Part shown: positions 8,727-16,796 of the stretch, piece after piece
How the letters are laid out: the number at the start of each line of letters is the position of its first letter
Position numbering within the stretch: the stretch's first letter is position 1
Assembly (NCBI GenBank): GCA_037130415.1
Contig: JBAXTA010000001.1
Location: 1-62,017, forward strand
From: Spirochaetota bacterium
GTDB taxonomy: Bacteria > Spirochaetota > Spirochaetia > Treponematales > Rectinemataceae
Direction: 5' to 3'
DNA: 62,017 nt
The notes under the pieces: generated by a model
Told to the model about the DNA's origin: nothing
Databases searched by the model: none
The model's input: the letters and a program-made list of their open reading frames with translations, nothing else
Made by a program: the position numbers and the translations under genes

Positions 8727-9538
8727 TTCAGCTTGAAGACCATCTGGGTCGGGCTTACGAACTTGAGCGAAATCATCAGGCAGACCATGGCGATCAGGAA
8801 GTAGATGACTGCCAAGGCGTCAACCGACTGGGGTGGGCGAGCTCCTGCGGCATAGGCGTCGGCATAAAGGGCGACGACGATGGTCTGGCTCTTGCCGCCT
8901 GCGACGAGATAGGTGAGCTCGAACATCGAGATGGCCTTGACCAGCGAGAGGATGCCAGCAGTGAGGATGCCCGGAACGGTGAGGGGCACGACTACCTTGC
9001 GGAAGATGGTCCAGCGGCTTGCCCCGAGCATCTTGGCCGCGGATTCCAGATTGACCCCGACCTGTTCGATGAAGGGCATGAGGACAAGGACCATGAATGG
9101 GACAATTGGAACTAGATTGACGATGATGACCCCGCTGACCCTCGCCGCGACGTGGAACTTGTAGCAGAGCATCGCCAGGGGTATGCCGTAGGTCATGGGT
9201 GGTACGATCATCGGAAGAAGGAGGAGGGAAAGGAAGAGCCCCTTGCCCCTGAACTCCTGCCTTGCCAGGACGTAGGCCGCAGGAAAGGCAATGAGAAGCG
9301 CTATGAAGACATCCGCAAGGACGACGGTGAAGGTCACGCCGAGGAGGTTGGGGATGTCGTGCTCGCCGGAGGCGTACTTGTACCACTCTGTGGTCAGGTA
9401 GGGGGGCAACAGGCCCGAATACCAGCCCTTGGAGAGGGAATTGAGCACAACCGTCAACAATATTCCAAGCACTATGAATACATAGATGCCGATGGCCGCG
9501 AAGAACAGGATGCTGGAAATGCGAAATTTGCCACGCAT
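8723..9538 (-). CDS. ABC transporter permease (PotC-like)
   Basis: 271 aa, about 6 TM segments. EAA-like loop (ESAAKMLGASRWTIFRKVVVPL). Confidence 0.85.
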   Translation of the reverse strand: MRGKFRISSILFFAAIGIYVFIVLGILLTVVLNSLSKGWYSGLLPPYLTTEWYKYASGEHDIPNLLGVTFTVVLADVFIALLIAFPAAYVLARQEFRGKGLFLSLLLLPMIVPPMTYGIPLAMLCYKFHVAARVSGVIIVNLVPIVPFMVLVLMPFIEQVGVNLESAAKMLGASRWTIFRKVVVPLTVPGILTAGILSLVKAISMFELTYLVAGGKSQTIVVALYADAYAAGARPPQSVDALAVIYFLIAMVCLMISLKFVSPTQMVFKLK

Positions 9539-9542
9539 GCGC

Positions 9543-10424
9543 TTACCCCTTCCCGACCATGGACGCGCCCTTGTACATCCGGTTTCTCCAGACGAGGACA
9601 GCCGAGATGACAGCGAGCTCGATGGCAGCCATCACCATGGAAATGGCGGAGGCAGCATTGAAGTTGAATTTCTCGAAGGCCCACTGGTAGGCCGCGATCG
9701 AGATGACGCGGGTCGGACCCGAGGGCTGTCCGAGGAGGACGGCGGAGGGGAACACGGAAAAAGCCATCACGAAATTGAGGCAGAAGGAAATCGCTATCCC
9801 CGGGATCATGAGGGGGAAGAGGATCTTCCAGAAGGTCTGCCACTTGTTCGCGCCAAGCATCTGGCTCGCCTTCTCAAGGTCGGGATTGATGCCCGAGACG
9901 TAGCCCAGGAGCATGAGGAAGGCGTAGGGGAAGCCCTGGAGGGCGAGCGAAATGACGACACCGAGGTAATTGTGGGTGAAGCGGAATGGCTCCTTGACGA
10001 TGTGGAGGGCCAGGAGAAGCTGGTTCATCCAGCCTGCCGGTCCCATGAAGGTCAGCATTCCCTCCGACACGAGCACGGTTCCAAGGGTGATCGGTATTAT
10101 GAGGAAAAAGGTGATGAGGCGCTCACCCTTGATCCCCCGGCGCATGTAGTAGGCAAAGGGAACGGCCAGGCCGACGTTGAAGAGGGTTACGGGAACGGAG
10201 ATCTGCAGTGTTACGAGTATCGTGTTCAGGTCGCGCGCGTCCGTAAAGAATCTGATGTAGTTCGCCAGGGTCGGCACGCCCTTGCCTGTGGAGAAACTCA
10301 GGAACATGCCGTAGGCGAAGGGATAGAGGAAAAGCAAGGCAAGGAAGAGGATCGCCGGGATGAGGAGGGACAGGGCTCCGCCACCGTCACTCCCCCTCCT
10401 GGCGCCAAGGGCCGCCGCGCTCAT
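9543..10424 (-). CDS. ABC transporter permease (PotB-like)
   Basis: The ORF track gives 9543..10433. The ATG at 10424 forms an ATGA overlap with the ATPase stop at 10421-10423. Polytopic membrane protein with EAA loop (EKASQMLGANKWQTFWKILFPL). Confidence 0.85.
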   Translation of the reverse strand: MSAAALGARRGSDGGGALSLLIPAILFLALLFLYPFAYGMFLSFSTGKGVPTLANYIRFFTDARDLNTILVTLQISVPVTLFNVGLAVPFAYYMRRGIKGERLITFFLIIPITLGTVLVSEGMLTFMGPAGWMNQLLLALHIVKEPFRFTHNYLGVVISLALQGFPYAFLMLLGYVSGINPDLEKASQMLGANKWQTFWKILFPLMIPGIAISFCLNFVMAFSVFPSAVLLGQPSGPTRVISIAAYQWAFEKFNFNAASAISMVMAAIELAVISAVLVWRNRMYKGASMVGKG

Positions 10425-11593
10425 GGCGACCACCTCGCGGCCTCGGCGATCGATTCGGTCGGGGGGAAAAGGAGGATCTTCTCCGGAGCCACGGTCGCGT
10501 AGAAGCGGCTACCCTCGTCGATGCGGGCCTCGGCGCGGAGGTCGACACGGAGGCCGGATTTGCCCGTCGCATCCGTGCCCTGGAAGGCGCTCACCTGGCT
10601 GGCCTGGCCCTGGTACTCGACGACGCTTGCCAGGCAACCGAAGGAATTAGGACGGTCTGCGGCGGTCACGGCGATGTCGTCAGGACGGATGGCGGTCCGC
10701 ATGTCGCCACCTGACGTGAAGGCAGCCTCAAGCACAGCGCGGCGTGGGTCTCCCTGTTCCCAGGCGGGGCGTGCCTCGAGCCGGAGCCCCTGCGCGTCGA
10801 TGCCGGCCACGAGCTTGCCGGCTTCTTCCCGAAGCGACACGACCTTCACGGTCCACATGTTCTTGAATCCCATGAAGTCGGCCACGAAAAGGTTGGCCGG
10901 ATCGAGGAAGACCTCTGATGGTGTTCCGACCTGCTGGATCTTCCCGAGCCGGAGGACGACGATGCGGTCGGAGAGCGCGAGGGCCTCGGTCTGGTCGTGG
11001 GTGACATAGATCGTGGTTACTTTCAGGCGCTCGTGGAGCGTCTTGAGCTCGTAGCGCAGCTCGACGCGGAGTTTGGCGTCGAGGTTCGAAAGTGGCTCGT
11101 CGAGGAGGAGGAGTCGAGGCTCGAGGACAATGCAGCGGGCTATGGCGACGCGCTGCTGCTCCCCGCCCGACATCTGCGTGGGGAACTTCGAGGCGTAGCC
11201 CTCGAGGTGGACGAGCTTGAGGGCTGTCTCAACGCGCTGTACGAGCAAGGCCTTGCGGATATGCCTGAGCCTGAGGCCAAAGGCGACATTTTCGAAGACG
11301 GTAAGATGCGGAAAAAGGGCATAGTTCTGAAAGACCATGCCGAACTCCCGCTTTTCAGGAGGTATCTTGGCTCCCGGCCCGTCGATGAGTTCGTCGTCGA
11401 TCCAGATCTCCCCCTCGGTGATCGGGATGAGGCCCGTGATGCAGTTGAGGGCCGTCGATTTTCCGCAGCCCGAGGGCCCGAGGAAGGTGACGAATTCGTC
11501 CTTCCTGAACTCGAGGGAAAAGCGGTCGACCGCAGTCTTCTCGCCGAAACGCTTGGTCATGTTCCTGACGGAAATTGTCTTGAATTCCTTCAT
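10421..11593 (-). CDS. ABC transporter ATP-binding protein (PotA/MalK-like, with C-terminal regulatory/TOBE-like domain)
   Basis: The ORF track extends to 11722. I place the start at ATG 11593 (MKEFKTISVRNMTKRFG). Walker A GPSGCGKST, signature MSGGEQQRV, Walker B LLLDEPLS. Confidence 0.9.
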   Translation of the reverse strand: MKEFKTISVRNMTKRFGEKTAVDRFSLEFRKDEFVTFLGPSGCGKSTALNCITGLIPITEGEIWIDDELIDGPGAKIPPEKREFGMVFQNYALFPHLTVFENVAFGLRLRHIRKALLVQRVETALKLVHLEGYASKFPTQMSGGEQQRVAIARCIVLEPRLLLLDEPLSNLDAKLRVELRYELKTLHERLKVTTIYVTHDQTEALALSDRIVVLRLGKIQQVGTPSEVFLDPANLFVADFMGFKNMWTVKVVSLREEAGKLVAGIDAQGLRLEARPAWEQGDPRRAVLEAAFTSGGDMRTAIRPDDIAVTAADRPNSFGCLASVVEYQGQASQVSAFQGTDATGKSGLRVDLRAEARIDEGSRFYATVAPEKILLFPPTESIAEAARWSP

Positions 11594-11685
11594 AGTTACC
11601 CCGTGTTTCCGCGGGAAGCCCCGCAGGGTGGAATGGCTGATGGATGGGGCTGGCCGCCACCTGGCGGCCAGACTCACCGTACTGC

Positions 11686-12861
11686 TTATTTCTTGATCTT
11701 GGCTCCGACGAGCTGGTCCCACATGTCAAAAGCCACGACCATGTTGGCGGGGTCGAGCTGGGTTGTGCTGGGGAACTTTGCGATGGCAGCGTCGTAGGCT
11801 GGGCGCATGGCGCCTTTTACTGCCTTCTGGCTGTCGGCTGGCGCCATTTCGAGGGGCACTCCCTTGATGGCGGGGCCGGGATAGAAGTAGCCATTGTCGT
11901 AGGTGATGGCCTGCTGGGCGGGTTGCATCATGTACTTCATGAGCTCGATGGTGACCGCAAGGCGATCCTTGTCGAGTCCCTTCGGCACGGCCATGAAGTG
12001 GGCATCGGTAACCCAGGTCATCCTGTCGAAGAAGGCGGCCTGATAGTTCGCGGGAATGGTCGCAAGGATGCGCTGCTGCATGTCCCAGCCGATATGGCTG
12101 GCGAGCATGTAACGCGTGCCCTGTCCGAGTTCCTGGAAGGTGATTCCGGTGCCCGTGGGATAATAGTCGATGTAGTTGTCAAGTTCCTTGAGGAAGGCCC
12201 AGGTCTTGTCCCAGGTCTTGGGATCCTTGGGGTTCTTGTCGCCGAGTATGTAGGGGAGACCCTGGAGGAAGGCGCGGCCAGGACCCGAGTTGGCGGGGCG
12301 GGCGTACATGAACTTGCCGGGATTGGCCTTGGCCCAGGCGAGGAGGTCTGCCGGGGTCTTGGGCGGATTGGGTACCTTGTCCGGATTGAAGGTGAGCATC
12401 GGGCCGCCCGGACACCACACCATGGTGAGGCCGTAGCCCTTGAAAAGGTCGTAGGCCGCCCTCGCGCCGGGCACGTAGTTGTCGATGGTTTTCTGGAATG
12501 CGTCCTTGTACCTGGGCATCAGTTGCTCCCAGACATCCTGGTCCATGCCCGCCGCAAGGCCGTCGAGGCCCGTGAGCACGAGCGTAGTGTCGAGGTTGCC
12601 GGCCATCTGCTGGGCCATGAGCTTCGAGGTCAGCTCGGGCGCCGTCAGCTTGATGTACTCGATGTCAGCTACCATGTTGGGGTAGGCCGCCTTGAAGGCC
12701 TCGAAACCGGCCTTTGACAGGGCGAGATTGCCTGCCACGTCGATGATGCTGAGCTTGACCGGCTTGGCTACCGAGACCTGTGCCCCCAGGGTCGCAGCTC
12801 CGACAAGCGCGATCGCGGCCAAGGCGAGCCCTGTCTTTCCCCACTTTCCAAACGGTTTCAT
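11686..12861 (-). CDS. ABC transporter periplasmic substrate-binding protein (PotD/iron-type SBP fold), first gene of the operon
   Basis: 391 aa with a signal peptide (GLALAAIALVGAATLGAQ). Size and layout match an extracellular solute-binding protein. It lies immediately upstream of the ATPase and permeases. Confidence 0.8.
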   Translation of the reverse strand: MKPFGKWGKTGLALAAIALVGAATLGAQVSVAKPVKLSIIDVAGNLALSKAGFEAFKAAYPNMVADIEYIKLTAPELTSKLMAQQMAGNLDTTLVLTGLDGLAAGMDQDVWEQLMPRYKDAFQKTIDNYVPGARAAYDLFKGYGLTMVWCPGGPMLTFNPDKVPNPPKTPADLLAWAKANPGKFMYARPANSGPGRAFLQGLPYILGDKNPKDPKTWDKTWAFLKELDNYIDYYPTGTGITFQELGQGTRYMLASHIGWDMQQRILATIPANYQAAFFDRMTWVTDAHFMAVPKGLDKDRLAVTIELMKYMMQPAQQAITYDNGYFYPGPAIKGVPLEMAPADSQKAVKGAMRPAYDAAIAKFPSTTQLDPANMVVAFDMWDQLVGAKIKK

Positions 12862-12927
12862 GCTTCCCTCCTTAGGGAAATGGTTGCGCCTGGCCGCAGG
12901 ATGGCGGCCTACCGTCGCTCAAGGCTA

Positions 12928-12941
12928 CGTTAGCGCTAACG
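12928..12941. promoter_or_regulatory. LacI-type operator O1 (perfect palindrome CGTTAGCGCTAACG)
   Basis: 14-bp perfect palindrome with a central CG. It lies in the divergent intergenic region between the SBP gene and the LacI gene. The same 12-bp core GTTAGCGCTAAC recurs at O2. Confidence 0.6.
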
Positions 12942-12985
12942 CGCATTATAGGGCATGATTGGGGGCTGTCAAACGAAAAATATAT

Positions 12986-13003
12986 CGCGTTAGCGCTAAC
13001 GCG
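12986..13003. promoter_or_regulatory. LacI-type operator O2 (perfect palindrome CGCGTTAGCGCTAACGCG)
   Basis: 18-bp perfect palindrome. Its centre is 60 bp from the centre of O1, and it lies about 46 bp upstream of the LacI ATG. Confidence 0.6.
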
Positions 13004-13048
13004 ATTACGGTTGTCCGGCTGGGCATGTCAATGCTACAGTATATATGT

Positions 13049-14050
13049 ATGGGTAAGAGGCGAAGCACGATCGCGGATGTGGCCGAGGCCGCCGGGGTCT
13101 CGATCATGACCGTTTCACGGGCGGTGAACGGCCGGCCTGGCGTTGGTGAGGGTACACGGGACAAGGTCCGCGCCATTGCCGAGGGGCTCGGCTACCGACC
13201 TGATAGAAGGGCCAGCGCCCTTGCTTCGCGCAGCTCGGCAGCTCTGGGTATCGTGTTTCCCGACATGGCAAATCCCTTTTTTGCCATCCTCGCCAAGGCA
13301 GCCACTGACACCGCGCGAGCCCGCGGACTCAATGTTTTTGTGATGAATACCGACGAAAGCCCGACGCGGGAGCTCTCCGCCTTTGCTTCCCTCCATGAGG
13401 AAAGGATAGAAGGGATCATCGTCGCGGGTTCCCGGCTGTCGCCAACGCGGCTTGGTGCTGCCCTCGAAGCCTTTGCCGGCGTCGTTCTTGTCAACAACTC
13501 GACCATAGGGCCGAACATCGCCAATGTCGATGTCGATGACCGCTCCGGGATGATCCAGGCGGTGACCCACCTCCTGGCCAAGGGCCGCACCCGCATCGCC
13601 TTTGCGGCAGGCCCCCGCGTCTCGGTGAGCGCACAACGCCGGCTCGCAGGCTACCGAACGGCCCTTGCCGGGGGAGGGTTGGCCTTTGAAAGGCGGCGCG
13701 TCGTCAAGTGTACGCCTGACATCGAGGGAGGCAGGGGCGCCGCAATAGCCATCCTCGGCCTCGACCCCGATGTCGATGCGATCATAGCCTACAATGACAT
13801 AACTGCCATCGGGGTGATGCGCGGCCTGGCCGACTCTGGCCGCAGGATTCCCGAGGATGTTGCCGTCATCGGCGGCGACGATATCCCCTACGCGGCCCTG
13901 GTCCGTCCCTCGCTGAGCACGCTTCGGGTGGATATCCCCTTACTTGGCCGCACAGCCATGTCCGTGCTCCTCGCCCTTCGCGACGGGACCCCGCTGGCTC
14001 CGGTGGCGGCCCTCGAGCCAGAACTGATTGTCCGGGAATCCTCCGGCTGA
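13049..14050 (+). CDS. LacI-family transcriptional regulator
   Basis: The ORF track starts at TTG 12959. I prefer ATG 13049 (MGKRRSTIADVAEAAGVSIMTVSRAVNG), a canonical LacI HTH at the extreme N-terminus. It is followed by a periplasmic-binding-protein-like sugar-binding core. Confidence 0.9.
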   Translation: MGKRRSTIADVAEAAGVSIMTVSRAVNGRPGVGEGTRDKVRAIAEGLGYRPDRRASALASRSSAALGIVFPDMANPFFAILAKAATDTARARGLNVFVMNTDESPTRELSAFASLHEERIEGIIVAGSRLSPTRLGAALEAFAGVVLVNNSTIGPNIANVDVDDRSGMIQAVTHLLAKGRTRIAFAAGPRVSVSAQRRLAGYRTALAGGGLAFERRRVVKCTPDIEGGRGAAIAILGLDPDVDAIIAYNDITAIGVMRGLADSGRRIPEDVAVIGGDDIPYAALVRPSLSTLRVDIPLLGRTAMSVLLALRDGTPLAPVAALEPELIVRESSG

Positions 14051-14085
14051 TCCGGCCGCTTTCCGGATTCACTGTCGCTTTTTCG

Positions 14086-15210
14086 GTGGATGCTGCGCCT
14101 GAATGCGCGTACCCTGCATGCATGGAACCGAGACCTGGCAAGGCGGAGATGGAAGCGGCGTTCATGTCGCGGGACGGGAGTTATGACGGGCTGTTCTACG
14201 CGGCGGTGACTACGACGGGGATCTTCTGCAGACCATCCTGCCCGGCGCGGAAGCCCCTGCCGGGAAATGTTGTGTACTATGAGAAAGCGGCGCAGGCCCT
14301 GTTCGCAGGCTATCGGCCCTGCAAGCGTTGTGCTCCGCTGAGCTCGGACGCGGATCCCGAGTGGGTCGCCGCACTGGTCGAAGAGCTTGAGGCGCAGCCT
14401 GGCGTGCGGATCCGCGAAGCTGTTCTCCGCGCCCGCGGTCTTGATCCTGCAACGGTGCGGCGGCGCTTCCTGGCGCGTTTTGGGCTGAGTTTCAACGCCT
14501 ACCAGCGGGCTCGGCGGCTCGCCTCGGCTTTCGAGGACATTCGCGCGGGGTCAACTGTGGATAGCGCGGTACTCGATCACGGCTATGATTCGCACTCGGG
14601 GTTTCGCGAAGCCTTCGCACGCCTCTTCGGCGTGACGCCCGGGGCAGTGGCCACCGGAGCCGGCGATTTCATCAGGATTGCCTGGATTGACTCGCCCCTC
14701 GGGCACATTGTGGCTGGAGCCACGGACGGCGGGGTCGTCCTCCTTGAATTCAGCGACAGGCGCATGCTGGAGGCCCAGGCCGAAACTCTCAGGCGACGCT
14801 TCGGCTTGCCTGTCGCGCCGGGCAGGAACGTGCATCTGGCGGCGCTCGAATTGCAATTGGGAGAGTATTTCGCCCTCTCGCGGAGGTCCTTCGACCTCCC
14901 CCTCCTGGCTCCCGGTACTCCCTTCCAGGAGCGTGTCTGGACAGCGCTGCGCAACATTCCCGCGGGCGAAACCCGGAGCTATGCGGAGCTCGCCAAGGAT
15001 GTGGGAGATCCAGCGGCTGTTCGTGCCGTGGCTCACGCGAACGGGATGAACCGCATCGCGATTCTTATCCCCTGCCATAGGGTGATCGGATCGGACGGTG
15101 GTCTCGGGGGCTACGGCGGAGGCCTCTGGCGCAAGCGACGTCTCCTGGAGATCGAAGGCGCAGTGGATGGACCTGCCGCCGGAAGAAGAGGGGAATCGCT
15201 TTTCGACTGA
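14086..15210 (+). CDS. ada: Bifunctional Ada: methylphosphotriester-DNA methyltransferase / AraC-type activator / O6-methylguanine-DNA methyltransferase
   Basis: N-terminal Zn-Cys4 Ada domain (FCRPSCPARKP ... YRPCKRCAP). AraC-type HTH region. C-terminal Ogt domain with active site IPCHRVIGSDG. The true start may be one of the internal Met codons (14122 or 14149). Confidence 0.85.
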   Translation: MDAAPECAYPACMEPRPGKAEMEAAFMSRDGSYDGLFYAAVTTTGIFCRPSCPARKPLPGNVVYYEKAAQALFAGYRPCKRCAPLSSDADPEWVAALVEELEAQPGVRIREAVLRARGLDPATVRRRFLARFGLSFNAYQRARRLASAFEDIRAGSTVDSAVLDHGYDSHSGFREAFARLFGVTPGAVATGAGDFIRIAWIDSPLGHIVAGATDGGVVLLEFSDRRMLEAQAETLRRRFGLPVAPGRNVHLAALELQLGEYFALSRRSFDLPLLAPGTPFQERVWTALRNIPAGETRSYAELAKDVGDPAAVRAVAHANGMNRIAILIPCHRVIGSDGGLGGYGGGLWRKRRLLEIEGAVDGPAAGRRGESLFD

Positions 15211-15255
15211 GGCCTTGCCTTGCCCGGTCCCGCGTTGGCGGGATACTGTGCAGGC

Positions 15256-16545
15256 ATGAGACGCGGGATCGGCCTTTTCTGGGCATTTGCCATCGTCATC
15301 GCCATCCTCGCGCTGTCTTTCGCGCTGGGCATCCCGAACTCGAGGGGAGTGGCGGGTCATGGATTGGCTTTGATCTGGACCGATGTTCCAGAGGTCGCCC
15401 TCTATGCGGAGCTTTTCAACCGCTCCCAGGATGGCTACCGCGTCGAGATCGCGTGGAAGCCCGACCTTGCCACCGACGTGAGGGAGACGAAGGCCCCACC
15501 CGACCTTGTCCTTGGCCATTATCTCAAGAGTTCCCTCCTGACCGGGCGTTTCAGGCCCCTGGATTATCTCTTCGGAGAACTGGCCATCGACCAGACTGCC
15601 TTCTACCAGCCCCTGCTCGCTTTCTGCAAGCACGACGGGAAGCAGGTGCTGCTCCCCGTTTCGTTCAACTTGCCGACGGTAGCCTTCCTCGCCAACGGCA
15701 CGGCGAGGCCGGCGAACGCCGACACGATTGGCCTCGACGAGCTTGCGACCACTGCCTCCAGCTATAATGTGATGCAGGGGTCAGCCTATGTGAAAATGGG
15801 CTTTTCCCCACGCTGGAATCCGGCCTTCCTTGTGATGGCGACGGATGCAGCTGGGGCAGCCTTCCACGAGGGCGGCAAGCCCCTGTCCTGGTCTGAACCC
15901 GGACTCCGGGCGGCCATCGACCGTCTCCGCAACTGGTCAGCTCCCGGGGATCCCGGCCCCATCGAGGCTGACGACTTCCAGTTCAAGTATTTGTACACGC
16001 CTGAATATACCTGGCTTGCCGGGGGCCGCGCCCTCTTCGCGTATATGGCCTCCTCCGACCTATTCCTTGTGCCCGAAGACAAGCGCGCGCTTCTGGATTT
16101 CCGCTGGTTTGTCGAAGCTGGCTACATCCCCATCCTCGACGACCCTGTGTTTGCGGGCATACCCGAATCGCGCAAGGATGAACAGGCTGCCGAGAGTTTC
16201 CTCGCCTGGCTATTCAGCGAGGCGCAGCAGCAGTCGATGCTCGAGTCGACCCGGAGGACGAGGGCGCTGGAGAGTTCCTTCGGCATCGCGGGGGGCTTTT
16301 CGACCCTGCGCGCAGTGACCGAACGTGTTTTTCCTCTGTACTATTCGAATCTCAAGGGCCAGGTCCCGCCCGAGGCCCTGATCGGCGAGTACAGGATCCT
16401 GCCGCCCGAATGGCCGAAGGCCAGGGACAACGTGATAGGACCCTGGCTACGCGAGACCTTCGCGAAGCCCGCAGACCGCGAGGGTGAGTACAGCCTCGGC
16501 CTGGCGGCAAGGCTGGACCAATGGATGAAGGGAGGGCGTGAGTGA
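15256..16545 (+). CDS. Membrane-anchored hypothetical protein with solute-binding-protein-like features
   Basis: The ORF track starts at 15220. The ATG at 15256 gives MRRGIGLFWAFAIVIAILALSFALG (signal or anchor). The remainder has a size and composition reminiscent of family-1 extracellular SBPs, but I recognise no diagnostic motif. No transporter genes are adjacent. Confidence 0.45.
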   Translation: MRRGIGLFWAFAIVIAILALSFALGIPNSRGVAGHGLALIWTDVPEVALYAELFNRSQDGYRVEIAWKPDLATDVRETKAPPDLVLGHYLKSSLLTGRFRPLDYLFGELAIDQTAFYQPLLAFCKHDGKQVLLPVSFNLPTVAFLANGTARPANADTIGLDELATTASSYNVMQGSAYVKMGFSPRWNPAFLVMATDAAGAAFHEGGKPLSWSEPGLRAAIDRLRNWSAPGDPGPIEADDFQFKYLYTPEYTWLAGGRALFAYMASSDLFLVPEDKRALLDFRWFVEAGYIPILDDPVFAGIPESRKDEQAAESFLAWLFSEAQQQSMLESTRRTRALESSFGIAGGFSTLRAVTERVFPLYYSNLKGQVPPEALIGEYRILPPEWPKARDNVIGPWLRETFAKPADREGEYSLGLAARLDQWMKGGRE

Positions 16546-16557
16546 AGATGTGGGGAA

Positions 16558-16588
16558 GAACCCCCTTTTTTTCGGCAAAAGGGGGTTC
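16558..16588. terminator. Hairpin between convergent genes (probable bidirectional terminator)
   Basis: Perfect 12-bp stem gaaccccctttt / aaaagggggttc with a 7-nt loop, 13 nt after the stop at 16545. The T/A runs are part of the stem, so this is not a textbook U-tract terminator. Confidence 0.45.
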
Positions 16589-16796
16589 CTCCCCCGCGAG
16601 CTACGGCTCGCGCCGCCCCTCTTCCTCTAAAACGGCGACCAGGGGCGCTGCCCCTTGCCCCTGCTATTCTGGAAGGCGCCGTATCGTAATCGTTGCCGGG
16701 TTGGTGGCGGGTTGCATGAGGGCTGGCTGGTCGTTTTGGGGCTGCCGCCCCTTGCCCCTGCTCGCGTGATGGGCGCCTTACATGAAGTTCCGGATT

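Noticed and set aside
9486-12717. Long plus-strand ORFs 9486-10502, 10997-11797 and 11644-12717
   Set aside because: All are antisense to the ABC permease, ATPase and SBP genes, which have clear Walker, EAA and signal-peptide features. Their translations are low-complexity E/G/D/R-rich.
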